From a virus: a stretch of DNA of 64,000 bases. The notes beneath the pieces were generated by a model. That model was not told where the DNA came from and ran no database searches. It saw only the letters and a list, made by a program, of their open reading frames with translations. The stretch is taken from positions 3,919-67,918 of the IMG/VR virus record IMGVR_UViG_3300032030_000014. One strand, given 5' to 3'. Below are positions 56,704-64,000 of this stretch, one piece after another (position 1 is the first letter of the stretch; each line of letters begins with the position of its first letter). The position numbers and the translations under genes are program-made.

Positions 56704-58617
56704 ATGGAAGAAATGAAAGCTTTAGTCGATAGACTAAATTATCTTACTAAAAAATACGATGAAGGACATCCAGAAGTTAGCGATAAAGAGTGGGATGAAC
56801 TTTATTTTAAGCTCGTTCAAATGGAAGAAGATACGGGGATTCATCTTAATGAATCCCCTACACAGACAATTATTTATCAAGTAGTTAATGAATTAAGGAA
56901 AGTAGAACATAATCATAAAATGTTGTCTCTTGATAAAACTAAAGACATAGAAGAAGTAAAAAAGTTTTTAGGTAAAGATAATGATTATGTTGCTATGTGT
57001 AAAATGGATGGTTTGACTTGTTCGTTGAGATACATCGGCGGCAAGTTGATTTCTGCAGAAACGCGTGGAAATGGCGTTATTGGTGAAGATATTTTGCATA
57101 ATGCCTTAGTTATTCCATCTATTCCAAAAACAATTCCATATCCAGAAGAACTGGTTGTTGATGGAGAAATTATTTGTACCTATGAAGATTTTAAGCCTTT
57201 CTCAGATACATATAAAAATCCTCGCAATTTTGCGGCTGGAAGTATAAGACTTCTTGATAGTAAAGAGTGTGCAAAACGCAACTTGACTTTTGTTGCATGG
57301 GATGTAATCAAAGGTTTTCCAAATGATAATAATGTTTATTCTCGATTGCTTTTACTTACTTTTGAAGGATTTACTATTGTACCATTTGAAAAAGGATCAG
57401 TTGAACATTGTATTGAATGGTTAACTGAAACAGCAAAATGTATGAGTTATCCAATTGATGGTATAGTATTTAAATTCGATGAAGTAGATTTTGGAAAACA
57501 ACAGGGTGAAACTGCACATCATTTTAAAAACGCTATTGCATATAAGTTTTATGATGATGAATATGAAACTACTCTGCAAAATATTGAATATTCTATGGGC
57601 AGAACTGGAATTTTAACTCCAATAGCAGTATATGAAGATATTGACATAGATGGTTCAGTATGTAATAGAGCAAGTTTACATAATCTTAGCATTATGACAG
57701 AACTATTGGGAGACTTACCATATAAAGGAGAAAAGATTTGGATTTATAAAGCAAATATGATTATTCCGCAAGTGAGTAAGGCAGAAAAAAGAAACTCTTC
57801 TGAGGATTTTCATTTTGATATTCCAAAAATTTGTCCTATTTGCGGCAGTAGAACAGCAATTAATGAGTCATCTCAATTATATTGCACTAATCCCGATTGC
57901 GATGGTAAACTAATCAATAAACTCGACCATTTTTGCGGCAAGAAAGGACTCGATATAAAAGGTCTCTCTAAAGCAACTTTGGAAAAGTTAATTGATTGGG
58001 GCTGGGTAAATAATTGTGTTGATTTATTTTCTTTGCGAGATCACGCTGAAGAATGGGTTGTAAAACCTGGCTTTGGTGCTAAGTCTGTTGAAAAAATTCT
58101 TGATTCCATTGAAGAGAGTAAAAATTGTTCTACCGAGGCTTTTATTGCTTCTCTTGGTATTCCTCTCATTGGTAGAACAATCGCTGCTGATTTAGCCAAA
58201 AAATTTGAAACTTATGAAGCTTTATCAAAAGCGATTGATGAAGGATATGATTTTACTAAATTGCCTGGCTTTGCTTGGACTAAATCTCAAGCATTAACTA
58301 ATTTTGATTATACAGAAGCCGATAAATTATACGGTATTCTAAATGTGAAGCCAGCGCCAACTGTTATTGAAGTATCAGAACAGCCATTAAAAGATATGAA
58401 GTTTGTAATCACAGGTTCTGTTAAACATTTTAAAAACAGAACTGAATTACAAAATTTGATTGAAAAATGCGGTGGTAAAGTCGTATCTGCTATATCAAAA
58501 AATGTTGATTATTTGATCAATAATAATGCAGAATCTACATCAGCAAAAAATGTAGCTGCAAAAAAGTTGGGGATTCCTATCCTCACAGAAGAAGAATTTT
58601 TAGAGAAAATCAGTTGA
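56704..58617 (+). CDS. ligA: NAD-dependent DNA ligase (LigA), canonical, no in-frame TAG
   Basis: KMDG adenylation motif; ATRGNG; Zn-finger CPICGSR...C..C; HhH; C-terminal BRCT; 637 aa. Confidence 0.8.
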   Translation: MEEMKALVDRLNYLTKKYDEGHPEVSDKEWDELYFKLVQMEEDTGIHLNESPTQTIIYQVVNELRKVEHNHKMLSLDKTKDIEEVKKFLGKDNDYVAMCKMDGLTCSLRYIGGKLISAETRGNGVIGEDILHNALVIPSIPKTIPYPEELVVDGEIICTYEDFKPFSDTYKNPRNFAAGSIRLLDSKECAKRNLTFVAWDVIKGFPNDNNVYSRLLLLTFEGFTIVPFEKGSVEHCIEWLTETAKCMSYPIDGIVFKFDEVDFGKQQGETAHHFKNAIAYKFYDDEYETTLQNIEYSMGRTGILTPIAVYEDIDIDGSVCNRASLHNLSIMTELLGDLPYKGEKIWIYKANMIIPQVSKAEKRNSSEDFHFDIPKICPICGSRTAINESSQLYCTNPDCDGKLINKLDHFCGKKGLDIKGLSKATLEKLIDWGWVNNCVDLFSLRDHAEEWVVKPGFGAKSVEKILDSIEESKNCSTEAFIASLGIPLIGRTIAADLAKKFETYEALSKAIDEGYDFTKLPGFAWTKSQALTNFDYTEADKLYGILNVKPAPTVIEVSEQPLKDMKFVITGSVKHFKNRTELQNLIEKCGGKVVSAISKNVDYLINNNAESTSAKNVAAKKLGIPILTEEEFLEKIS

Positions 58618-58642
58618 TTTTTCAAAAAAATTTTTTTATAAT
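58614..58642 (+). promoter_or_regulatory. conserved phage promoter (family)
   Basis: ttgatttttcaaaaaaatttttttataat. Confidence 0.65.
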
Positions 58643-58680
58643 AAAATTGTAAAAATTAAGGATGAAAATTTTAAAGAAAA

Positions 58681-58872
58681 ATGAAAACAAAAGACGTAAA
58701 AAAGTTAGCAAAAGAAATTATGACTTTAGAAGATATCATTGACACGAGTAAAGATGAAGGTGCTATCAATAAAGCCAAAAATCGGATACTTGAAATATCT
58801 CACAATATCAGCGTAGAAGATATGATTCAAGTGGACGAATATATTCAAGATCATATGCAGAACCAATCTTGA
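58681..58872 (+). CDS. small acidic protein (63 aa)
   Basis: ORF track. Confidence 0.45.
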   Translation: MKTKDVKKLAKEIMTLEDIIDTSKDEGAINKAKNRILEISHNISVEDMIQVDEYIQDHMQNQS

Positions 58873-58897
58873 TTTTAAAAAAATTTTTTGATATAAT
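58869..58897 (+). promoter_or_regulatory. conserved phage promoter (family)
   Basis: ttgattttaaaaaaattttttgatataat. Confidence 0.65.
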
Positions 58898-58963
58898 TTT
58901 TACGAAAGGTAAAGAAATTACCAAATAAAAAAATATTTTATAAAACAAAAGGAGAAATTTATT

Positions 58964-59230
58964 ATGGCTATGAAGGAAAATTCTAAGAAGGTTCTTGAGT
59001 ATTTGAAGAGTATTAACGGTCAGGATGTTACCGCTGCTGATGTGGCTGACGCCCTTGGTCTTGAGAAGCGTTCTGTTGATGGCATTTTTACAAGTGCTAT
59101 TCAGCGTAAGGGTCTTGGCATCCGCACTCCTGCCGAGGTTGAGCTTGCTGACGGCACTCATAAGGCTGTTAAGTTCCTTTCCCTCACTGAGGCTGGTATG
59201 GCATTTGATCCCGATGCCGATGCTGAGTAA
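58964..59230 (+). CDS. small, probably highly expressed protein (88 aa); possible DNA-binding or histone-like
   Basis: RBS aaaaggagaaatttattatg; GC-richer codon usage like the TROVE and MVP genes. Confidence 0.5.
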   Translation: MAMKENSKKVLEYLKSINGQDVTAADVADALGLEKRSVDGIFTSAIQRKGLGIRTPAEVELADGTHKAVKFLSLTEAGMAFDPDADAE

Positions 59231-59245
59231 TTAAAATATATATAG

Positions 59246-59281
59246 TGCGGGGTGAGATAAAACTCACCCCGCGTTTTTTAT
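59246..59281 (+). terminator. rho-independent terminator (gcggggtgagataaaactcaccccgc + T-run)
   Basis: Hairpin plus gtttttta. Confidence 0.75.
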
Positions 59282-59282
59282 A

Positions 59283-60272
59283 GTGATTATCCTATATATT
59301 CTTATCGGTCTAATTGTAGGAGGTCTTGGGATATATCTACTACTTAGACCGAAACTCAAAATTACTGCTGAAAAAAATATTGCTATTGAATAGGCTAATG
59401 AATAGCTTGAAATAAAAAATAGTAATTTAAAAGAAATTAACGAACATAGAGAAAAATTATTAGAAGAAACTACTCAAAAATATTATGAAATGGGAGCCAA
59501 AAGAGAAGAAATAAAAAAGGCTCTTGAAGATTTAAAAGAAACTCAGCAAAAAGCTGCTGAGGATTTGTATAGTTAGGCTTTAAATATTGCTGAAAATAGT
59601 TATCAACAAGAGATTGATAGAATTAGTGATGACTTGTTTAATCACCGTGAAGAAGCAAAAAATATTTATCTCCAAATGACAGAAGAAGCTGTCCAAGAGT
59701 ATCAAGAAGCTATTGCTGAAAAACAAAAAAAACTTAATGACTTAACGGTTCAATTAGAAAATAAATAGGTAGATGTAAATCTTGCGGTCGAGGCTGCTTA
59801 GCGGAAGATGGAGATGGAAAACAAACAAGATTATTATCGTATTTGTTTATCTGATGAAGATATAGCAGAGATAAAACGCTTGCGGGAAGTGCTTCCTTAC
59901 TTGCGAGATAAAACTCCTCTAAATAAAGTCATTTACAAAGTTTATTATGAAAAACCACTTACTGATATGATTGGTAGAGTAGTTGGCTCCGGTGTTCATA
60001 CTGGCATTTATAAAATCACCAATATTGAAAATCAAATGTGCTATGTTGGTCAAGCCGCAAATATTGCAGATCGTTGGAAGCAGCACTGTAAGCGAGGCGT
60101 AGGTGCCGAAGACTGGACGCAGAATAAACTTTATCCGGCTATGTATTCTCTTGGAGTTGAAAATTTTACTTTTGAAATCATAGAAGAATGCGATCGTTCT
60201 AAATTAAATGAACGTGAGGACTATTGGCAAAACTATTTTCATGCAAAGGATTTTGGGTATAGTATAAAATGA
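59283..60272 (+). CDS. GIY-YIG nuclease-domain protein (certain part 59808..60272); the frame stays open upstream through 5 TAG codons to a TM helix plus coiled-coil segment starting at GTG 59283 (possible single ~330-aa protein)
   Basis: GIYKITNIENQMCYVGQAANIADRWKQH GIY-YIG motif; upstream in-frame VIILYILIGLIVGGLGIYLLL TM helix and heptad-like region interrupted only by TAG. Confidence 0.45.
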
Positions 60273-60388
60273 ATCAAAAATATTTTATACAAAGAGATAA
60301 AACATTCTATACCAAATATACCAAAGATGAGATTAGAAATATGATAAACCCATAGGAAGAGAAAACCTTTTTACCAATTCTATAGGAT

Positions 60389-60589
60389 ATGAATTATCCT
60401 TATGTAGATTATCAGTGGAAAAAGCTTGTAAAAAAAGCAGAGCAACATACTACCGCAGATAAATATAGTACATATGTTATTGGTAGGTATATAGCACTAA
60501 TGAAGTTGCGATCTTTTGCTTCTTATACTTGGGAAGATTCTAATCTTATAAACCAAGCAAATAGAGAAAGTGGTTTAATTTATGAATGA
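60389..60589 (+). CDS. small hypothetical protein (66 aa)
   Basis: ORF track. Confidence 0.4.
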   Translation: MNYPYVDYQWKKLVKKAEQHTTADKYSTYVIGRYIALMKLRSFASYTWEDSNLINQANRESGLIYE

Positions 60590-61364
60590 AGTTATTACTT
60601 ATGGAAAAACATTACCAGAAGCCTATCATGGCTCTTTGTTGCTTTTACAAGAAGCTCCTATAACACCTTGTCCAGACTGGAATACTAATCAAAAAGAACT
60701 TTCTATGACTTTTATGGTAGATCATCCTCTACAAGATAATATGATTAGTAAGTTAGCATTTTGCGATCCAACAAGCCTTGAACAATATTGTCAAGAAATG
60801 CTTGATGGAATTTTGGATTTTGAAATTGAAGAAGGCAAATGGAAATATACGTATCACAATAGAATGGTAGCTTATCCAGTGCGCATAGGTAATAAAACAG
60901 ATTTTGTGAATCAATTAAATTTTATTATTAATGAATTACAACGAAATCCATATTCTCGTCGTGCGGTTGTAGATATTAGGGATAATAATGAAGATATGTA
61001 TTCTGATGACCCTGCCTGCTTGCAGCATATTCAATTTTTTATCCGCGATAATCAACTTCATATGAAAGTTCTATTTCGTTCTAATGACGCTTGTAAAGCA
61101 GCTTTTATGAATGCATTTGCACTTATAATGCTTGAAAAAAGAATCGCTGATACTCTTGGAATTGAAGTAGGAACTTACACTCATAGAGCAAATAGCTATC
61201 ATTGCTATGAGCGTGATTTTGGTATGTTGGATGGATATTGTAAGCGTATTCATAATGAAGATCCAGACGATTTAAGTTATTCATATTGGGATGATTGGAA
61301 ATTTCTTATGGATGATGCCAAGTCTGAAATAGCTAATAAGGTTGAAAATCTAAAAAATTTATGA
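60582..61364 (+). CDS. thymidylate synthase (ThyA) family enzyme; could be a TS or a dUMP/dCMP hydroxymethylase-type base-modifying enzyme
   Basis: SRRAVV ... DPACLQHIQFFIRDNQL ... RSNDACKAAFMNAFALIML matches the ThyA-family pattern (R-R, PCH-Q-F, RS-D, PFN-A-YALL) with substitutions. Confidence 0.55.
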   Translation: MNEVITYGKTLPEAYHGSLLLLQEAPITPCPDWNTNQKELSMTFMVDHPLQDNMISKLAFCDPTSLEQYCQEMLDGILDFEIEEGKWKYTYHNRMVAYPVRIGNKTDFVNQLNFIINELQRNPYSRRAVVDIRDNNEDMYSDDPACLQHIQFFIRDNQLHMKVLFRSNDACKAAFMNAFALIMLEKRIADTLGIEVGTYTHRANSYHCYERDFGMLDGYCKRIHNEDPDDLSYSYWDDWKFLMDDAKSEIANKVENLKNL

Positions 61365-61370
61365 TATAAT
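61342..61370 (+). promoter_or_regulatory. promoter (TTGAAA, 17 nt, TATAAT) inside the end of the ThyA-like gene
   Basis: ttgaaaatctaaaaaatttatgatataat. Confidence 0.55.
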
Positions 61371-61407
61371 ATATATAGAAAATAAAAAAGAAGAGGTTAT
61401 ATAAGTT

Positions 61408-61758
61408 ATGTCATTAAAACAAAATTTTATTAGTTATGTTGAAAGTAATTTTAACACAAATCCTATGCCCGAAGATTTGACCGAATATTGGGAAAAGTTT
61501 AAGGGCGGCTCTGGCGGCGGAGACAAGCCGCAATTTACCGAGAATGGTAAGAAAATTTTGGCTTTCCTACAGCAGAACCAAGGAACCAGAACTTGGAAGT
61601 CTAAAGATATTGCAGAGGGAATGTTTATTGCGTCTCGCACAGTATCTGGTGCAATCCGCAAGCTGGTAACTGATGGGTATGTTGAGAAAGTCGGTCAAGA
61701 CCCAGTTATTTATAGTATTACTGAAAAAGGTATTGAAACTAAAATTGATGAAGAATAA
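61408..61758 (+). CDS. winged-helix (MarR-like) DNA-binding protein
   Basis: ORF track; FIASRTVSGAIRKLVTDGYVEK wHTH-like. Confidence 0.5.
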   Translation: MSLKQNFISYVESNFNTNPMPEDLTEYWEKFKGGSGGGDKPQFTENGKKILAFLQQNQGTRTWKSKDIAEGMFIASRTVSGAIRKLVTDGYVEKVGQDPVIYSITEKGIETKIDEE

Positions 61759-61825
61759 AATTTTGGGTAAAGTTAATTAAATTTTAATTAACATAACTCA
61801 TATTTAGTAGAAAGAAGTGTGAGTT

Positions 61826-62485
61826 ATGTCAATAGGAATTTATAAAATTGAAAATTTAGTTAATCATAAAATTTATATTGGCCAATCTATAGAAATTGAA
61901 CGCAGATGGCAAAAACATTTGAATGCAAACGATGATTTTCTTATTCATAAAGCATTGAGAAAATATGGAAAAGAAAATTTTTCTTTTACAATACTTGAAG
62001 AATGTAATAAAGAAGAATTAAATGAAAAAGAAAATTATTGGATTACCTATTATAATTGTATTATACCAAATGGATATAATATGATTAATGGTGGTAGTAA
62101 CGGTGCTGGACTTGCAAAAGGAAAAAGTGTTTTATAGTATTCTTTAGACGGAGTTTTTATAAAAGAATATCCAAGTGCAAGTCAAGCAAGCATAGTAACA
62201 AATATTTGTCATTCAGATATATGTCGTTGTTGTCGTGGTGAAATTATTAGAGCTGGTGAATTTTAGTGGAAATACAAAAACAGCGATAAAATTATAAAGC
62301 CCATCAAATTGCGATTAGATTTTGCAGTTTTACAAATTGATACTAAAACGAATGAAATAATTAATGAATTTTCATCAATAGCAGAAGCAAGTAAAATAAC
62401 AAATATTGCTAAAGCAACAATATGTAATGTTTGTAATGGCAAAGGAAAAACCGCAGGCGGATTTAGATGGAAATACAAAAAATAA
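61826..62485 (+). CDS. GIY-YIG homing-endonuclease-like protein with C-terminal DNA-binding repeats (GFRWKYK x2), 2 in-frame TAG codons
   Basis: IGIYKIENLVNHKIYIGQS GIY-YIG; ORF 61826..62137 continues in frame across TAGs to a TAA at 62483; repeated (E/G)F-TAG/R-WKYK motifs typical of Seg/I-TevI-like endonucleases. Confidence 0.55.
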
Positions 62486-62532
62486 TATAAAATATAATAC
62501 AAGTATAAAGATAATTAAGGAGAATAATAATT

Positions 62533-63462
62533 ATGAAGAATATGATAAATAGCACACATATCGAGGGCTTAGTTTATGAATCTACTCTTGAACTTCGTGT
62601 TTCTGGTGAAAATTCAAAGAATCCTGGAACCGAGTTTATTATGGGTAATTTGAACATCGCAACTGATAATGACTGCACAAATATTGTTCCCGTGCATTTT
62701 ACTTATGTAACCGCTACTACTGCTAAGGGTAATGCAAATGCAACCTTTGGCGTTTTGAAGGATATTGTTGATGGTAAAATTGGAACCGTTATGGCAAATG
62801 GTAAGGAAAATGCTGGTAAGGTTCGTATTGATTCCGCCATTGGTCTCAATGAGTTCTATTCTGATCGTAATGGCAAGGAAGAGCTTGTAAGTACAAAGCG
62901 TAATGAGGGTGGTTTTGTTCACACCGTGGCAACTCTCAACGCCGATGAAAAGGCTCGTAATACTTTTATGGCCGATATGCTTATCACCAGTGTAACTCAT
63001 GTTGTAGGTGATGAAGAGAAGGGCACTAAGGAGAAGGCTCTTGTCCGTGGTTGTGTATTTGACTTCCGCAAGGCTGTTCTTCCTATTGAATTTTCTGTAA
63101 CTAATGCTCGTGGTATGGATTATTTTGAAGGTCTTGAAGCTTCTCCAAAGAGTCCTGTATTCACTAAGGTATGGGGTCGTCAGATTTCCACAACCGTAAA
63201 GAATACTAAGGTTGAAGAGTCTGGTTGGGGCGAAGCTAACGTCCAGGAGAGCACCAGCACTCGTCGTGATTGGGTAATCACTGGTAGTAACACCGAGCCT
63301 TATGCTTGGGATGATGAAGAGACTATCACCGCTAAGGAACTCACTGAAGCTATGGCAAATCGTGAGGTTTATCTTGCTGGTATTAAGCAGCGTCAGGATG
63401 AATACAAGGCAAGTAAGACTGCTCCTGCGGCAGCTCCTGCCACCGGCGGGTTTAACTTCTAA
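62533..63462 (+). CDS. hypothetical, probably abundant protein (309 aa); possible structural or ssDNA-binding role
   Basis: ORF track; RBS taaggagaataataattatg; GC-richer codon usage. Confidence 0.6.
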   Translation: MKNMINSTHIEGLVYESTLELRVSGENSKNPGTEFIMGNLNIATDNDCTNIVPVHFTYVTATTAKGNANATFGVLKDIVDGKIGTVMANGKENAGKVRIDSAIGLNEFYSDRNGKEELVSTKRNEGGFVHTVATLNADEKARNTFMADMLITSVTHVVGDEEKGTKEKALVRGCVFDFRKAVLPIEFSVTNARGMDYFEGLEASPKSPVFTKVWGRQISTTVKNTKVEESGWGEANVQESTSTRRDWVITGSNTEPYAWDDEETITAKELTEAMANREVYLAGIKQRQDEYKASKTAPAAAPATGGFNF

Positions 63463-63479
63463 TTTAGGAGTTAAACCCA

Positions 63480-63635
63480 ATGGAAGTCTCTGTTGATATT
63501 GAAGAATTAGAACAGTTTTTAATTAGTGATAAATTTAGAGAATTTTTATTAAAAGAATCAAATTTTGAAATAGCAGCATTTATATTACAAACACTTTTTG
63601 ATAAATTAGATGAAGTAAAAGGAGACAATGAATAA
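63480..63635 (+). CDS. small acidic protein (51 aa)
   Basis: RBS tttaggagttaaacccaatg; stop overlaps the next start (TAATG). Confidence 0.4.
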   Translation: MEVSVDIEELEQFLISDKFREFLLKESNFEIAAFILQTLFDKLDEVKGDNE

Positions 63636-64000
63636 TGGCAGAAATTTCCCTACTTGACCTTAAGCCGCATCAGGTATCACGTGATTTACGTGGTTATTCT
63701 GTGCTGTTTTATGGTGCCCCAAAGACTGGTAAGACTACAATTTCCAGTCATTTTCCAGGGGCATTGCTTTGTGCCTTTGAGAAAGGTTATAATGCTCTTG
63801 CAGATGTATTCGTACAGCCAATTACTTGCTGGGCTGATTTTAAAAAGGTTATTACTCAGTTGAAGCAGCCTGCTGTCGCAGAAAGATTTCAGACTATTGT
63901 TGTGGATACTGGCGATATTGCCTATGATATGTGTGTAAAGTATATTTGCTCCCGCGAATCTACTGCTGATAAAACTTATGAGACTATTGGCGATATTCCA
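63635..64000 (+). CDS. 3'-partial RecA-like/AAA ATPase (Sak4-like recombination ATPase; Walker A YGAPKTGKTT)
   Basis: RBS aaaggagacaatgaataatg; runs off the window end. Confidence 0.55.
   Translation, partial: MAEISLLDLKPHQVSRDLRGYSVLFYGAPKTGKTTISSHFPGALLCAFEKGYNALADVFVQPITCWADFKKVITQLKQPAVAERFQTIVVDTGDIAYDMCVKYICSRESTADKTYETIGDIP

Noticed and set aside
1-64000. TGA (opal) reassignment as an alternative explanation
   Set aside because: Many TAG-containing genes terminate with TGA (rSAM B, Thg1-like, the 48883 gene, the LigA-like gene), and no gene needs in-frame TGA read-through. Only TAG is recoded.
1-64000. CRISPR arrays, rRNA genes, transposases or integrases
   Set aside because: No direct-repeat/spacer arrays, rRNA-like segments or IS terminal inverted repeats were seen. 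The repeats present are promoters and hairpin elements.

Overview
Low-GC (~33%) segment of a large, jumbo-type bacteriophage genome. Nearly all genes are on the + strand. Many genes are interrupted only by in-frame TAG codons (domain continuity across the TAGs in PhoH2, the endolysin, uracil-DNA glycosylase, the GIY-YIG endonuclease, the SLH protein and the radical-SAM enzymes), while TAA and TGA still terminate genes. Two tRNA genes with anticodon CUA sit at 24736-24810 and 25009-25083. I read this as amber stop-codon reassignment, probably genetic code 15 (TAG to Gln). The window holds two dense tRNA arrays (5.3-18.3 kb and 24.7-26.5 kb, about 35 tRNA or tRNA-like genes). Several of these carry large insertions; one (17119-17655) is split by an ORF-containing insertion. 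More than 25 copies of one conserved sigma70-type promoter (TTGATT, 17-nt A/T spacer, TATAAT) precede most operons. Protein-coding highlights are: an adjacent Ro60-like TROVE+vWA protein and a Major Vault Protein homolog (28044-33271); two radical-SAM/SPASM plus Cys-rich-peptide cassettes, one followed by an SLH-domain secreted protein; an RNA-repair gene set (Rnl2-like ligase with a tRNA-binding domain, two Pnk-like kinases, three metallophosphoesterases, a Thg1-like enzyme, a DEDD exonuclease, a Pol-beta nucleotidyltransferase); a type IIA topoisomerase; tandem NAD-dependent DNA ligase paralogs, the upstream one catalytically dead and TAG-dense; UDG, RNase H and a ThyA-family enzyme; PhoH2; and an endolysin+holin pair. 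Coordinates were worked out by hand and may be off by 1-3 nt.
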